From sequence record SRR2962707_3597: a stretch of 45,686 nt of DNA; one strand, given 5' to 3'. Position 1 is the stretch's first letter; every line of letters begins with the position of its first letter. The notes beneath the pieces are model-generated. The model was not told where the DNA came from and did not search any database. It saw nothing but the letters and a program-made list of their open reading frames with translations. The translations under genes were made by a program, and so were the position numbers. Of this stretch, positions 20,409 through 29,870 are shown in pieces.

Positions 20409-21203
20409 ATGAGCGGCATCAGCACCCGTGCCGCCGGGCATGGCGAAATGCTGGTGTGGTCGTTGCTGATCGGGACTTCCTTTCCCACCGCGGAATATCT
20501 GGTTCGGGACGCGCACCCGCTGCCTCTGACCGGGGTGCGGTTTCTGATCGCCGCGCTGCTATTGGTTCCGGCGGCCGCCCGGGTGGCGCTCAATCCGCGC
20601 CGTTTGATCATCTGGGCAATCCTTGGCGCGCTGCTGGCGGTGTTTTTCTGGGCGCAGTTCCAGGCTTTGCGAACTGTTGGCAGCGTCGAGTTGTCTCTGT
20701 TGTATCTGCTGTCGCCGCCGGGAACCGCGATCCTGGCCTGGTACGCCAACCGGGAGTATCTGCACCCGGTGCCGCTGGCGGGGTTCGCCGTGGTGTTGTA
20801 TCTGGTGATCCAGTATTTGATCCTGCCGGTGCCCACCGACCTGATGGCGCTGCTGGCGCGGCCGGGAAGCCAGATCTATTTGCTCGGCTGCGCGGCGGTG
20901 ATCGGCTACGCGGTGTTGTCCCGTGGGGCTATTTTGCGGAACTGGTTGCCCGCCGCGGCGGCTACCACCACTTTCTGGAGCTTGCTGTTCGCCGGCGTGC
21001 TGCTCTGCCTGGTGGGCGTCACGCGGTTACCGGAGGTGGCGCAATGGCATTGGGATCATTGGTGGCGGCTGGTTTACCTGGCGGTTTTCACCAGTATCCT
21101 TTCCTATTGGTTGATGCAGCGGGCGTTGCAGAAGCTGCACCCGGCCATCGTCGTTGCCTACGGCGCGGTGGTGCCGTTATGGGTGGCGCTGCTACCCTTT
21201 TGA
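20409..21203 (+). CDS. DMT/EamA-family transporter, apparently lacking the last TM helix
   Basis: Two EamA-like halves (GTSF, RFLIA, LVYLAVFTS). By eye 9 hydrophobic segments rather than the usual 10. Confidence 0.7.
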   Translation: MSGISTRAAGHGEMLVWSLLIGTSFPTAEYLVRDAHPLPLTGVRFLIAALLLVPAAARVALNPRRLIIWAILGALLAVFFWAQFQALRTVGSVELSLLYLLSPPGTAILAWYANREYLHPVPLAGFAVVLYLVIQYLILPVPTDLMALLARPGSQIYLLGCAAVIGYAVLSRGAILRNWLPAAAATTTFWSLLFAGVLLCLVGVTRLPEVAQWHWDHWWRLVYLAVFTSILSYWLMQRALQKLHPAIVVAYGAVVPLWVALLPF

Positions 21204-21225
21204 CGAGGAAGAAGCGGACTATCGA

Positions 21226-21765
21226 ATGCGCCTGGTAAGCGGAGTGACGCTGTTGTGTATGCTGCTGGCCGGTTGTGCCAGCCGGCCGGTGGTGGTGGAA
21301 GATCGAAACGAGCCGGAGCCGGGTAGCCACGCCGACCCGGAACAGACCGTATCGATGGAGGATTACTCCGTGGATATGGCCAATCCAGGGATGGTGCACG
21401 CTTTGCTCAGCGCGCAGCTGCAGGAATGGGAAGGCACGCCTTACCGGCTGGGCGGGATGTCCCGCAAGGGTGTTGATTGCTCCGGATTCGTGTTTCTCAC
21501 CTTTCACGATCGTTTGGGGGTGCGTCTGCCGCGTACCACGGACCAGCAGGCAAGGGTAGGGGAGAAAGTGGCCAAGGATCAGTTACAGACCGGCGATCTG
21601 GTGTTCTTCCGTACCGGCCGGGGGGTTCGTCATGTGGGGATCTATATGAACCACGGCCGTTTCATGCACGCTTCCACCAGCCGCGGAGTGATGGTTTCGT
21701 CGCTGGATAATGTCTACTGGCGTTCCCATTACTGGACCGCCCGCCGTATCGAAACGCGCTTCTGA
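21226..21765 (+). CDS. NlpC/P60 (C40) lipoprotein peptidoglycan endopeptidase
   Basis: Lipobox LAGC, then GTPYRLGG, DCSGF, GDLVFF, HVGIY and FMHAS (Cys-His-His catalytic set). Confidence 0.9.
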   Translation: MRLVSGVTLLCMLLAGCASRPVVVEDRNEPEPGSHADPEQTVSMEDYSVDMANPGMVHALLSAQLQEWEGTPYRLGGMSRKGVDCSGFVFLTFHDRLGVRLPRTTDQQARVGEKVAKDQLQTGDLVFFRTGRGVRHVGIYMNHGRFMHASTSRGVMVSSLDNVYWRSHYWTARRIETRF

Positions 21766-21766
21766 C

Positions 21767-22228
21767 TCAGGCGTCCTTCGCCAGACGTTCGGCCCCGGCA
21801 TCCTCGAAACGTACATCGCGGACGGTAAGGGGCTGGCCGTCATCGCTTTCCACGCGGAGCTGGCGGATCGGGTGTCCGCTGATCCGGTCCACCAGCCGCA
21901 GATCGTCCCGATTGCCGTTCCAGCGTTCGCTCCATTGCCGCAGCGCGGTAATCACCGTGAACAGGTCGCGGCCCTTGTCGGTGAGCCGGTACTCGTAGCG
22001 GGTGCCGTGCTCGCCGGCATCCACCTTGCTCATCACGCCGCTGTCCACCAGTCGATTGAGGCGATTGCAGAGGATGTTCTTGGCGATGCCCAGCCGCTGC
22101 TGAAAGTCGACGAAGCGACGGGTGCCGAGCATGGCTTCCTTGACCACCAGCAGTGACCACCAGTCGCCCACTTGATCCAGGGCACAGGCCACGGAGCAGT
22201 CCAGGTCGTCAAAGCGTTTTCGGGTCAC
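21767..22228 (-). CDS. HxlR/MarR-type winged-helix regulator
   Basis: CSVACALDQVGDWWSLL, RRFVDFQ and YEYRLTDKG motifs. Divergent from the flavin oxidoreductase. Confidence 0.88.
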   Translation of the reverse strand: MTRKRFDDLDCSVACALDQVGDWWSLLVVKEAMLGTRRFVDFQQRLGIAKNILCNRLNRLVDSGVMSKVDAGEHGTRYEYRLTDKGRDLFTVITALRQWSERWNGNRDDLRLVDRISGHPIRQLRVESDDGQPLTVRDVRFEDAGAERLAKDA

Positions 22229-22284
22229 GGGCGCAGCCCTCCAAGGGATTCAGCATATATAAGAGCCACTTCAGTCTATCCAAA

Positions 22285-22332
22285 ACGGTTGCATGATGAA
22301 ACCGTCCTGGTTTACGGTTGCGATCTGCAACC
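22285..22332. promoter_or_regulatory. Two palindromic operators ACGGTTGC-N5-G(A/C)AACC
   Basis: ACGGTTGCATGATGAAACCGT (22285-22305) and ACGGTTGCGATCTGCAACC (22314-22332) in the HxlR/oxidoreductase divergent spacer. Confidence 0.6.
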
Positions 22333-22377
22333 AAATTGGACGGCGGCCGGGGCCGCCACGACTCGGGAGAACAGGCT

Positions 22378-23490
22378 ATGAGTACCTCGCTGGACGCGTT
22401 GTTGCGTCCGTTTGAACACAAGTCCCTGAAGCTGCGTAACCGCGTGGCCATGGCGCCGATGACGCGCAATTTTTCTCCGGACTACATTCCCAATGAGGAT
22501 GTGGCCGCTTACTACCGCCGCCGCGCCGAAGGCGAGGTGGGGCTGATCATTACCGAGGGCACCACCGTGGGCCATGTGGCGGCCAACGGTTACGAGCGGG
22601 TGCCGGCTTTTCATGGTGAGCTGGCATTGGCCGGCTGGAAACGGGTGGTGGAGCAGGTTCACCAGGCCGGCGGCGCCATTATTCCCCAGCTCTGGCACGT
22701 GGGGGCAGTGCGCCGGCCCGGTGTCGGCCCGGACAAGGACGTGCCCGGTTATTCCCCTTCCGGTCTGTTCAAGCCGGGTAAGGAGAGCGGCCATGCCATG
22801 ACCCTGGAAGACATCGACGACGTTATCCGGGCTTTCGCCGAATCCGCCCGCCACGCCCGGGATCTGGGGTTCGATGGTGTGGAAATCCACGGGGCCCACG
22901 GCTATCTGCTTGATCAGTTCTTCTGGGAAGGCACCAATCAGCGGGATGACCAATACGGCGGCAACATGGACAACCGCGGGCGTTTCGTGGCGGACATCGT
23001 GCGCGCGGTGCGTGAGGCGGTGGGCGAGGACTTCGCCATCGTGCTGCGGTATTCCCAGTGGAAGCAGCAGGATTATGAGGCCCGGTTGGCCACCACGCCG
23101 CAGGAACTGGAGCGCTTTCTGACCCCGCTGGTGGACGCTGGCGTCGATCTGTTCCACGCCTCCACCCGCCGCTTCTGGGTGCCGGAATTCGAAGGTTCCG
23201 ACCTCAATCTGGCTGGCTGGACCCGCAAGCTGACCGGCAAGCCGACCCTTTCCGTGGGCAGTGTGGGCCTGGATGACGATTTCATCGGCCATAACAATCA
23301 GGGTATGGGTGGCACCGCCAATCCGGTGAGTATCGACGAACTGGAACGGCGAATGGCCAACGACGAATTCGATCTGATCGCGGTCGGACGGGCTTTGTTG
23401 CAGGACCCGAACTGGCTGATCAAGATGCGGGAAGGCCGCGAGGAGGAGATCGAGATCTTCACCAAGAAAGCGCTGGGTTCGCTCAGCTGA
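22378..23490 (+). CDS. NADH:flavin oxidoreductase (old yellow enzyme family)
   Basis: LRNRVAMAPMTR, PQLWHVG, DGVEIHGAHGYLLDQF and IAVGRALL motifs. ATG 22378 follows GGAGA. Confidence 0.92.
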   Translation: MSTSLDALLRPFEHKSLKLRNRVAMAPMTRNFSPDYIPNEDVAAYYRRRAEGEVGLIITEGTTVGHVAANGYERVPAFHGELALAGWKRVVEQVHQAGGAIIPQLWHVGAVRRPGVGPDKDVPGYSPSGLFKPGKESGHAMTLEDIDDVIRAFAESARHARDLGFDGVEIHGAHGYLLDQFFWEGTNQRDDQYGGNMDNRGRFVADIVRAVREAVGEDFAIVLRYSQWKQQDYEARLATTPQELERFLTPLVDAGVDLFHASTRRFWVPEFEGSDLNLAGWTRKLTGKPTLSVGSVGLDDDFIGHNNQGMGGTANPVSIDELERRMANDEFDLIAVGRALLQDPNWLIKMREGREEEIEIFTKKALGSLS

Positions 23491-23505
23491 TTCGCCCCCG
23501 CTGAT

Positions 23506-23534
23506 GCACCCTCTCCCCTGAAGGGAGAGGGTGC
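23506..23534. terminator. Hairpin between convergent genes
   Basis: 12-bp perfect stem GCACCCTCTCCC / GGGAGAGGGTGC with a 5-nt loop. Confidence 0.6.
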
Positions 23535-23541
23535 GACAACC

Positions 23542-24855
23542 TTAACTCGCTTCCAGTGACTTGTTGATACGCAGCGCCAGCAGCGTGCAAATCACCCCGG
23601 ACAGCAGATAAACGCTGACGTAAGCCAGGCCGAATTTGGCCGACAACCCCAGTGCCACCAGCGGCGCGAAGGCGGCGCCGAACAGCCAGGCGAAGTCGGA
23701 GGTCAATGCCGCTCCGGTATAGCGGAAGCGGCGCTGGAAGTTGGCGGTGACGGTGCCGGAAGCCTGGCCGTAGGACAGGCCCAGCAGAACGAAGCCGACC
23801 AGAATGAAGATATCCTGCTGTACCGCGTTACCATCCATCAGCAGCGGGGTGAACAGACTGAAGATCCCGATCAGCACCGCCAGCGAGCCGACGGTGTTGC
23901 GTTTGCCGATCCGTTCCGCGATCCAGCCGGAGGCGATGGTGCCGAAAATCGCCAGGATTGCCCCGATGGCCTGCACGATCAGCACATCCGGCACATTCTG
24001 GGAGCCGTTCAGTACGATCCAGGACAGCGGGAAGATGGTCACCAGGTGGAACAGCGCGTAGCTGGCCAGGGCGGCAAAGGCGCCAATGAAGATGTTGTAG
24101 CCCTGTTCTTGCAACATTTTGCGCGTGCTCAGAGGTTCCAGCTCGCTCTCTTCCAGCGCCGCGGTGTACTCATGGGTCAACACCAGCCGCAGGCGGGCGA
24201 ACAGGGCCACCACGTTGATGGCGAACGCCACGAAGAACGGATAGCGCCAGCCCCAGCCAAGGAAATCCTCGGTGGACAGGCTCATATACAGAAACAGGAA
24301 CAGGACGCTGGCCACCAGGAAACCGATAGGGGCGCCCAGTTGGCCGATCATGGCGAAGCGGGAGCGGCGGTTTTTCGGCGCGTTCAGCGCCAGCAAGGAG
24401 GGCAGGCCGTCCCAGGAGCCGCCCAGGGCCAGCCCCTGCAGAATACGCAGCAGCGACAACACCAGGATGGCGTAGCCACCCAGTACCGAGTGGCCGGGCA
24501 GGAAGGCGATGCCCGCGGTGGCGGTGCCGAGCAGGAACAAGGCGGCGGTCAGTTTGACGCTACGGCCCCAGTGGCGCTGGATGGTCATGAATAGCGCGGT
24601 ACCGAAGGGGCGGGCGATGAAGGCGAAGGAAAAAATGGTGAAGGCGTACAGCAAACCCTCCAGGCGGCCGGCGAAGGGAAAAAACACCGACGGGAACACC
24701 AGAACCGAGGCTATTCCATAAACGAAGAAGTCGAAGTACTCTGAGGTGCGTCCGATCACCACGCCCACGGCGATCTCGTTCGGCGCCACGGCCTGATGGG
24801 CCTCGGGAGCGGAAGAGTAAGAGGGCACGGCGGCGGCGTCGTTAGTTGTTATCAT
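23542..24855 (-). CDS. MFS transporter (metabolite:H+ symporter-like)
   Basis: EYFDFFVYG, FIARPFG, RILQGLALGG and WGWRYPF motifs, about 12 TM. Divergent from cyoA. Confidence 0.88.
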   Translation of the reverse strand: MITTNDAAAVPSYSSAPEAHQAVAPNEIAVGVVIGRTSEYFDFFVYGIASVLVFPSVFFPFAGRLEGLLYAFTIFSFAFIARPFGTALFMTIQRHWGRSVKLTAALFLLGTATAGIAFLPGHSVLGGYAILVLSLLRILQGLALGGSWDGLPSLLALNAPKNRRSRFAMIGQLGAPIGFLVASVLFLFLYMSLSTEDFLGWGWRYPFFVAFAINVVALFARLRLVLTHEYTAALEESELEPLSTRKMLQEQGYNIFIGAFAALASYALFHLVTIFPLSWIVLNGSQNVPDVLIVQAIGAILAIFGTIASGWIAERIGKRNTVGSLAVLIGIFSLFTPLLMDGNAVQQDIFILVGFVLLGLSYGQASGTVTANFQRRFRYTGAALTSDFAWLFGAAFAPLVALGLSAKFGLAYVSVYLLSGVICTLLALRINKSLEAS

Positions 24856-24916
24856 TGCTGTACCTCACGGAATCAAGTCCAACCGATCATAATCACTTTC
24901 TCGATATCGTGACACC

Positions 24917-24935
24917 ATTGGACAAAATGTCCAAT
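24917..24935. promoter_or_regulatory. Perfect palindrome ATTGGACA-AAA-TGTCCAAT, candidate RegA-like operator
   Basis: 8-bp perfect inverted repeat with a 3-nt spacer, in the MFS/cyoA divergent region. Confidence 0.55.
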
Positions 24936-24997
24936 TCAACATTCCGGGCTGGAGGCGTACAGTGCGCGGCACCCTGGACTACTTACAATACTCGGCA

Positions 24998-25999
24998 ATG
25001 CCAATTCTCAAGCTAGTACGCGGGATGTCACTGGCCGCCGCCGTCGCTTTGCTGGCGGGGTGTGATGCAGTGGTCATGTCACCATCCGGTGATGTGGCCG
25101 CCCAACAACGTGATCTGATCGTCTGGGCCACGGTGTTGATGCTTCTGGTGATCGTGCCCGTCATCATCCTTACTCTGTTGTTCGCCTGGCGCTACCGTTC
25201 TTCCAACAAGGAAGCGACCTACAAGCCGGATTGGGACCATTCCACGGTGTTGGAACTGGTGATCTGGGGCGTGCCTCTGTTGATTATTATCGCCCTTGGG
25301 GCGATGACCTACGTCAGTACCCATAAACTGGACCCGTATCGCCCGCTGGATCGCATCGCGCCGGGCAAGCCGGTGCCCGAGGACATGGAGCCGCTGGTGG
25401 TGGAAGTGGTCTCCCTGGACTGGAAATGGCTGTTCTTCTACCCGGAACAGGGCATCGCCACGGTCAATGAACTGGCGGCGCCGGTGGACCGTCCGATCCG
25501 CTTCAAGATCACCTCCTCGTCCACCATGAACTCCTTCTTCATCCCGGCGCTGGCCGGCCAGATCTACGCCATGGCGGGCATGGAAACCAAGCTGCATGGG
25601 GTGATCAATGAAGAGGGCGTCTACGACGGTTTCTCCGCCAACTACAGCGGCGCCGGTTTCTCGCACATGCGCTTCAAGTTCCATGGCCTGAGCGAAGCCG
25701 GCTTCGATGAGTGGGTGGCGAAAGTCGCCGCCGAGGGCGGCACCCTGGATCGCGACGTTTATCGGGAGTTGGAGAAGCCGAGCGAGCGCGAGCCCGTACA
25801 CTATTATGCCGAGGTGGATCCCACGCTCTACGACGCGATCCTGAATCTCTGCGTGGAGCCCGGCACGATGTGTATGAAAGACATGATGATGTTTGGTCAC
25901 GGTGGCCACCACGGTGGTCATGGCGGTGACAAGGCCGACAAGGCTGAAGGCCACGGTGGTCATGGTGACCATGCCGCCGGGCACGAACAGCATCAGTGA
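24998..25999 (+). CDS. cyoA: Cytochrome bo3 ubiquinol oxidase subunit II
   Basis: Lipobox LAGC, then LDWKWLFFYP, MNSFFIPALAGQIYAM and SANYSGAGFSHM. No CuA ligands. Confidence 0.95.
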   Translation: MPILKLVRGMSLAAAVALLAGCDAVVMSPSGDVAAQQRDLIVWATVLMLLVIVPVIILTLLFAWRYRSSNKEATYKPDWDHSTVLELVIWGVPLLIIIALGAMTYVSTHKLDPYRPLDRIAPGKPVPEDMEPLVVEVVSLDWKWLFFYPEQGIATVNELAAPVDRPIRFKITSSSTMNSFFIPALAGQIYAMAGMETKLHGVINEEGVYDGFSANYSGAGFSHMRFKFHGLSEAGFDEWVAKVAAEGGTLDRDVYRELEKPSEREPVHYYAEVDPTLYDAILNLCVEPGTMCMKDMMMFGHGGHHGGHGGDKADKAEGHGGHGDHAAGHEQHQ

Positions 26000-26067
26000 T
26001 GGAATGACACGGTCTTCCATCGTTCCGATACACCTTTCATGAAGCGCCTTGGGCGTCGGTGTGCAAA

Positions 26068-28071
26068 ATGTTTGATCAAATCGACCTGACCAAGCTCATT
26101 TTCGGTCGCCTCACCTGGGAGGCGATTCCCTATCATGAGCCGATCCTGATCGCCACGTTCGCCGCGGTGGTCCTCGGTGGTATCGCGCTGCTGGGCGCGC
26201 TGACCTATTTCCGCCTTTGGGGTTACCTGTGGCGGGAATGGTTCACCAGCATCGACCACAAAAAGATCGGCATCATGTATATCATTCTGGCCCTGGTGAT
26301 GCTGCTGCGCGGCTTCGCCGACGCCATCATGATGCGCATCCAGCAGGCCTGGGCTTTCGGCGACTCCGCCGGTTACCTGCCGCCGGATCACTATGATCAG
26401 ATCTTTACCGCCCATGGTGTGATCATGATCTTCTTCGTCGCCATGCCTCTGGTGACCGGCATCATGAACTACGTGGTGCCGTTGCAGATCGGGGCCCGCG
26501 ACGTGGCCTTCCCGTTCCTCAATAACTTTTCCTTCTGGATGACCACCTCCGGCGCCGTGCTGGTCATGGTGTCCCTGTTCATCGGTGAATTCGCCAAGAC
26601 CGGCTGGTTGGCCTACCCACCCCTGGCGGGCATAGACAAGAGTCCCGGCGTCGGGGTGGACTACTACATATGGGCCTTGCAGATCGCGGGTGTCGGTACC
26701 CTCCTATCGGGCGTGAACCTGTTGGTGACCATCGTCAAGATGCGGGCGCCGGGTATGACCATGATGAAAATGCCGGTGTTCACCTGGACTGCTCTTTGCA
26801 CCAACGTGCTCATCGTGGCCGCTTTCCCGGTGCTGACCGCCGTACTGGCGATGCTGACCCTGGACCGCTATCTCGGTACCAACTTTTTTACCGAAGATCT
26901 GGGTGGCAACGCCATGATGTACATCAATCTTATCTGGATTTGGGGTCACCCCGAGGTGTACATCCTGATTCTGCCGGCGTTCGGTGTGTTCTCCGAGATC
27001 GTTTCCACCTACTCCGGCAAGCGTTTGTTCGGCTATGCCTCCATGGTCTACGCCACCGTGGTGATCACCGTGCTGTCCTACCTGGTATGGCTGCACCACT
27101 TCTTCACCATGGGGTCGGGAGCCAGTGTGAACTCGTTCTTCGGGATCACCACGATGATCATCTCGATCCCCACCGGGGCCAAGGTGTTCAACTGGCTGTT
27201 CACCATGTATCGCGGCCGTATCCGCTTTGACGTGCCGATGCTGTGGACCGTGGGCTTCATGGTTACCTTTGTCATTGGTGGCATGACCGGGGTGCTGCTG
27301 GCGGTGCCGCCGGCGGACTTCGTGCTGCACAACAGCCTGTTCCTGATCGCCCACTTCCATAACGTGATCATCGGCGGTGTGCTGTTCGGCATGCTGGCGG
27401 CGATCACCTATTGGTTCCCGAAAGCCTTCGGCTTCAAGCTGGACCCGTTCTGGGGCAAGGTCTCGTTCTGGTTCTGGCTGACCGGCTTCTACTTCGCCTT
27501 CATGCCGTTGTATGTACTGGGCCTGATGGGCGTGACCCGCCGCATGAGCCAATTCGATGATCCGTCCCTGCAGATCTGGTTCCAGGTGGCCGCGTTCGGC
27601 GCCGTGCTGATCGCCATCGGTATCGCCGCCTTCCTGATTCAGTTGGTGGTGAGCTTCATGCGCCGGGAGTCCTTGCGTGACGAAACCGGTGATCCCTGGG
27701 ATGGCCGTACCCTGGAGTGGTCCACCTCCTCGCCGCCGCCGGCTTACAACTTCGCGTTCACCCCGCGTGTGCACGATCTGGATGCCTGGTGGCAGATGAA
27801 GCAGCACGGCTACAAGCGTCCGGAGAGCGGTTTCCTGCCGATCCACATGCCCAAGAATACCGGGGCCGGGATCATTCTGGCGGGCATCAGCACGGTGCTG
27901 GGCTTCGCGCTGATCTGGCATATGTGGCTGCTGGCCGGCGTGTCCTTCCTGGGGCTGCTGGTGGTGGCCATCGGCCACACCTTCAACTACAACCGCGACT
28001 ACCACATTCCGGTGGAAGAGGTAGTGCGCGTGGAAGCGGAACGGACACGGGTACTCGCGAACCATGGTTGA
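26068..28071 (+). CDS. cyoB: Cytochrome bo3 ubiquinol oxidase subunit I
   Basis: [33 protein letters not shown] and AHFHNV motifs. Confidence 0.96.
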   Translation: MFDQIDLTKLIFGRLTWEAIPYHEPILIATFAAVVLGGIALLGALTYFRLWGYLWREWFTSIDHKKIGIMYIILALVMLLRGFADAIMMRIQQAWAFGDSAGYLPPDHYDQIFTAHGVIMIFFVAMPLVTGIMNYVVPLQIGARDVAFPFLNNFSFWMTTSGAVLVMVSLFIGEFAKTGWLAYPPLAGIDKSPGVGVDYYIWALQIAGVGTLLSGVNLLVTIVKMRAPGMTMMKMPVFTWTALCTNVLIVAAFPVLTAVLAMLTLDRYLGTNFFTEDLGGNAMMYINLIWIWGHPEVYILILPAFGVFSEIVSTYSGKRLFGYASMVYATVVITVLSYLVWLHHFFTMGSGASVNSFFGITTMIISIPTGAKVFNWLFTMYRGRIRFDVPMLWTVGFMVTFVIGGMTGVLLAVPPADFVLHNSLFLIAHFHNVIIGGVLFGMLAAITYWFPKAFGFKLDPFWGKVSFWFWLTGFYFAFMPLYVLGLMGVTRRMSQFDDPSLQIWFQVAAFGAVLIAIGIAAFLIQLVVSFMRRESLRDETGDPWDGRTLEWSTSSPPPAYNFAFTPRVHDLDAWWQMKQHGYKRPESGFLPIHMPKNTGAGIILAGISTVLGFALIWHMWLLAGVSFLGLLVVAIGHTFNYNRDYHIPVEEVVRVEAERTRVLANHG

Positions 28072-28693
28072 TACGACTCAAACTCAACAAGCGCAAGGGC
28101 AGCCGCTGCAGTTCTACGAGACCGAGGAGCATCACCCGCAGACGGGCACGATGCTGGGTTTCTGGCTGTATCTGATGAGCGACTGTTTGATCTTCGCTTC
28201 TCTGTTCGCCACTTATGGGGTTCTGGGCCGCAGCTATGCCGGCGGCCCCACCGGCGCCGAGCTGTTCGATCTGCCGCTGGTGGCGATGAACACCGCGCTG
28301 CTGCTGCTGTCCTCCATCACGTATGGCTTCGCCATGCTGGAGATGCAGAAGAACCGGGTGCGCGGCACCATCGGCTGGTTGCTGATCACCGGCTTGTTCG
28401 GTGTCGGCTTCCTGAGCCTGGAATTGTATGAGTTCGCGCATTTGATCCATGAAGGCGCGGGCCCGCAAACCAGCGCCTTCCTGACCTCGTTCTTTGCTCT
28501 GGTGGGCACCCACGGTCTGCACGTGTTCTTCGGTATCGTCTGGCTGGTTACTCTGTGCTTCCAATTGCGCAAGCATGGCCTGATTCCGGAGAACAAGCGT
28601 CGCGTGGCCTGTCTGTCCATGTTCTGGCACTTCCTGGACGTGGTCTGGATCGGTGTATTCACCTTCGTCTATCTGATGGGAGTGCTGGTATGA
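28064..28693 (+). CDS. cyoC: Cytochrome bo3 ubiquinol oxidase subunit III
   Basis: [17 protein letters not shown] and FWHFLDVVW motifs. Confidence 0.95.
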   Translation: MVDTTQTQQAQGQPLQFYETEEHHPQTGTMLGFWLYLMSDCLIFASLFATYGVLGRSYAGGPTGAELFDLPLVAMNTALLLLSSITYGFAMLEMQKNRVRGTIGWLLITGLFGVGFLSLELYEFAHLIHEGAGPQTSAFLTSFFALVGTHGLHVFFGIVWLVTLCFQLRKHGLIPENKRRVACLSMFWHFLDVVWIGVFTFVYLMGVLV

Positions 28694-29079
28694 GCGAACA
28701 TCACGACAACGTTCACGAGCATCACGCCCACGAACACCATGGCGACGAGCTGCCGCACGCCGATTTCAAAAGCTACATGATCGGTTTCATCCTGTCGGTG
28801 ATCCTCACCGCGATCCCGTTCTGGATCGTGATGGGCGGCGTGTTCGAGACCTCCAGCACCACCGCCCTGGTGATTCTGGGGTTCGCCGCGGTGCAGATCG
28901 TGGTGCACATGATTTACTTCCTGCACATGAACTTCCAATCCGAAGGCGGTTGGAACATGTTGGCTCTGATCTTCACCGCGGTGATGGTATTCATCACCCT
29001 GGCGGGGTCGTTGTGGGTGATGTACCACCTTAACGTCAACATGATGCCCGGCCTGATGGAATCGGTGCACGGACAGTGA
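28690..29079 (+). CDS. cyoD: Cytochrome bo3 ubiquinol oxidase subunit IV
   Basis: YMIGFILSVILTAIPF, QIVVHMIYFLHM and GSLWVM motifs. ATGA overlap with cyoC. Confidence 0.94.
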   Translation: MSEHHDNVHEHHAHEHHGDELPHADFKSYMIGFILSVILTAIPFWIVMGGVFETSSTTALVILGFAAVQIVVHMIYFLHMNFQSEGGWNMLALIFTAVMVFITLAGSLWVMYHLNVNMMPGLMESVHGQ

Positions 29080-29831
29080 ACCAACCCTCGCGCCCACGGC
29101 CCGCCGTGAGCCGCCCGCGCCGGGCGGCGCGGCTGGCGTGGATGCTGGTGGCGGTGGCCGCGTTCATCGGGCTGGTGTTCCTGGGCAACTGGCAGGTGGA
29201 GCGCCGGGCTTGGAAACTGGACCTGATCGAACGCGTCTCCAGCCGCGTGGACGCTCCGGCGGTGCCCGCCCCGGGCCCCGCCGAGTGGCCGCGAATCAGC
29301 CGCGAAGAGTATGAATATCAGCACGTTCAGCTCAGCGGCACCTTCCTTTCCGATCGCATCTCCCTGGTCCAGGCCAGCACCGAGCTGGGCAGTGGCTACT
29401 GGGTGATGACCCCGCTGAAACGGGACGACGGCACTGTGGTGCTGATCAACCGCGGCTATGTTCCCCAGCAACAGCGCGACCGGGCCGCCGCCGGCGCCTG
29501 GACCCCCGAAGGCAAGGTGCGGGTCAGCGGCCTGCTGCGCTTGAGCGAGCCCGGCGGCGGTTTTTTGCGGGACAATGTCCCCGCGGAGAGCCGTTGGTAC
29601 TCCCGGGATGTGGCTGCCATTGCCCGGACCCATGACCTGACCCGGGTGGCACCGTACTTCGTCGATGCGGACGCCGGGCCGGCGCCGGCGGAGGGACCGG
29701 TGGGCGGGCTGACCGTGGTCTCTTTTCACAACAATCACCTGGTCTATGCGATCACCTGGTATACCCTTGCCTTGATGGTGGCCGCGGGCGCTGTGTTCGT
29801 GCTTCGTGAGGAACTGCGGTCACGGCGCTAG
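29076..29831 (+). CDS. SURF1 family oxidase assembly protein
   Basis: LGNWQVERRAWK, GYWVMTP, INRG and NNHLVYAITWY motifs. Confidence 0.92.
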   Translation: MNQPSRPRPAVSRPRRAARLAWMLVAVAAFIGLVFLGNWQVERRAWKLDLIERVSSRVDAPAVPAPGPAEWPRISREEYEYQHVQLSGTFLSDRISLVQASTELGSGYWVMTPLKRDDGTVVLINRGYVPQQQRDRAAAGAWTPEGKVRVSGLLRLSEPGGGFLRDNVPAESRWYSRDVAAIARTHDLTRVAPYFVDADAGPAPAEGPVGGLTVVSFHNNHLVYAITWYTLALMVAAGAVFVLREELRSRR

Positions 29832-29870
29832 GAGCCTGTTCAGGGGCCAACCTCTCAGGAGAAGGTGACG

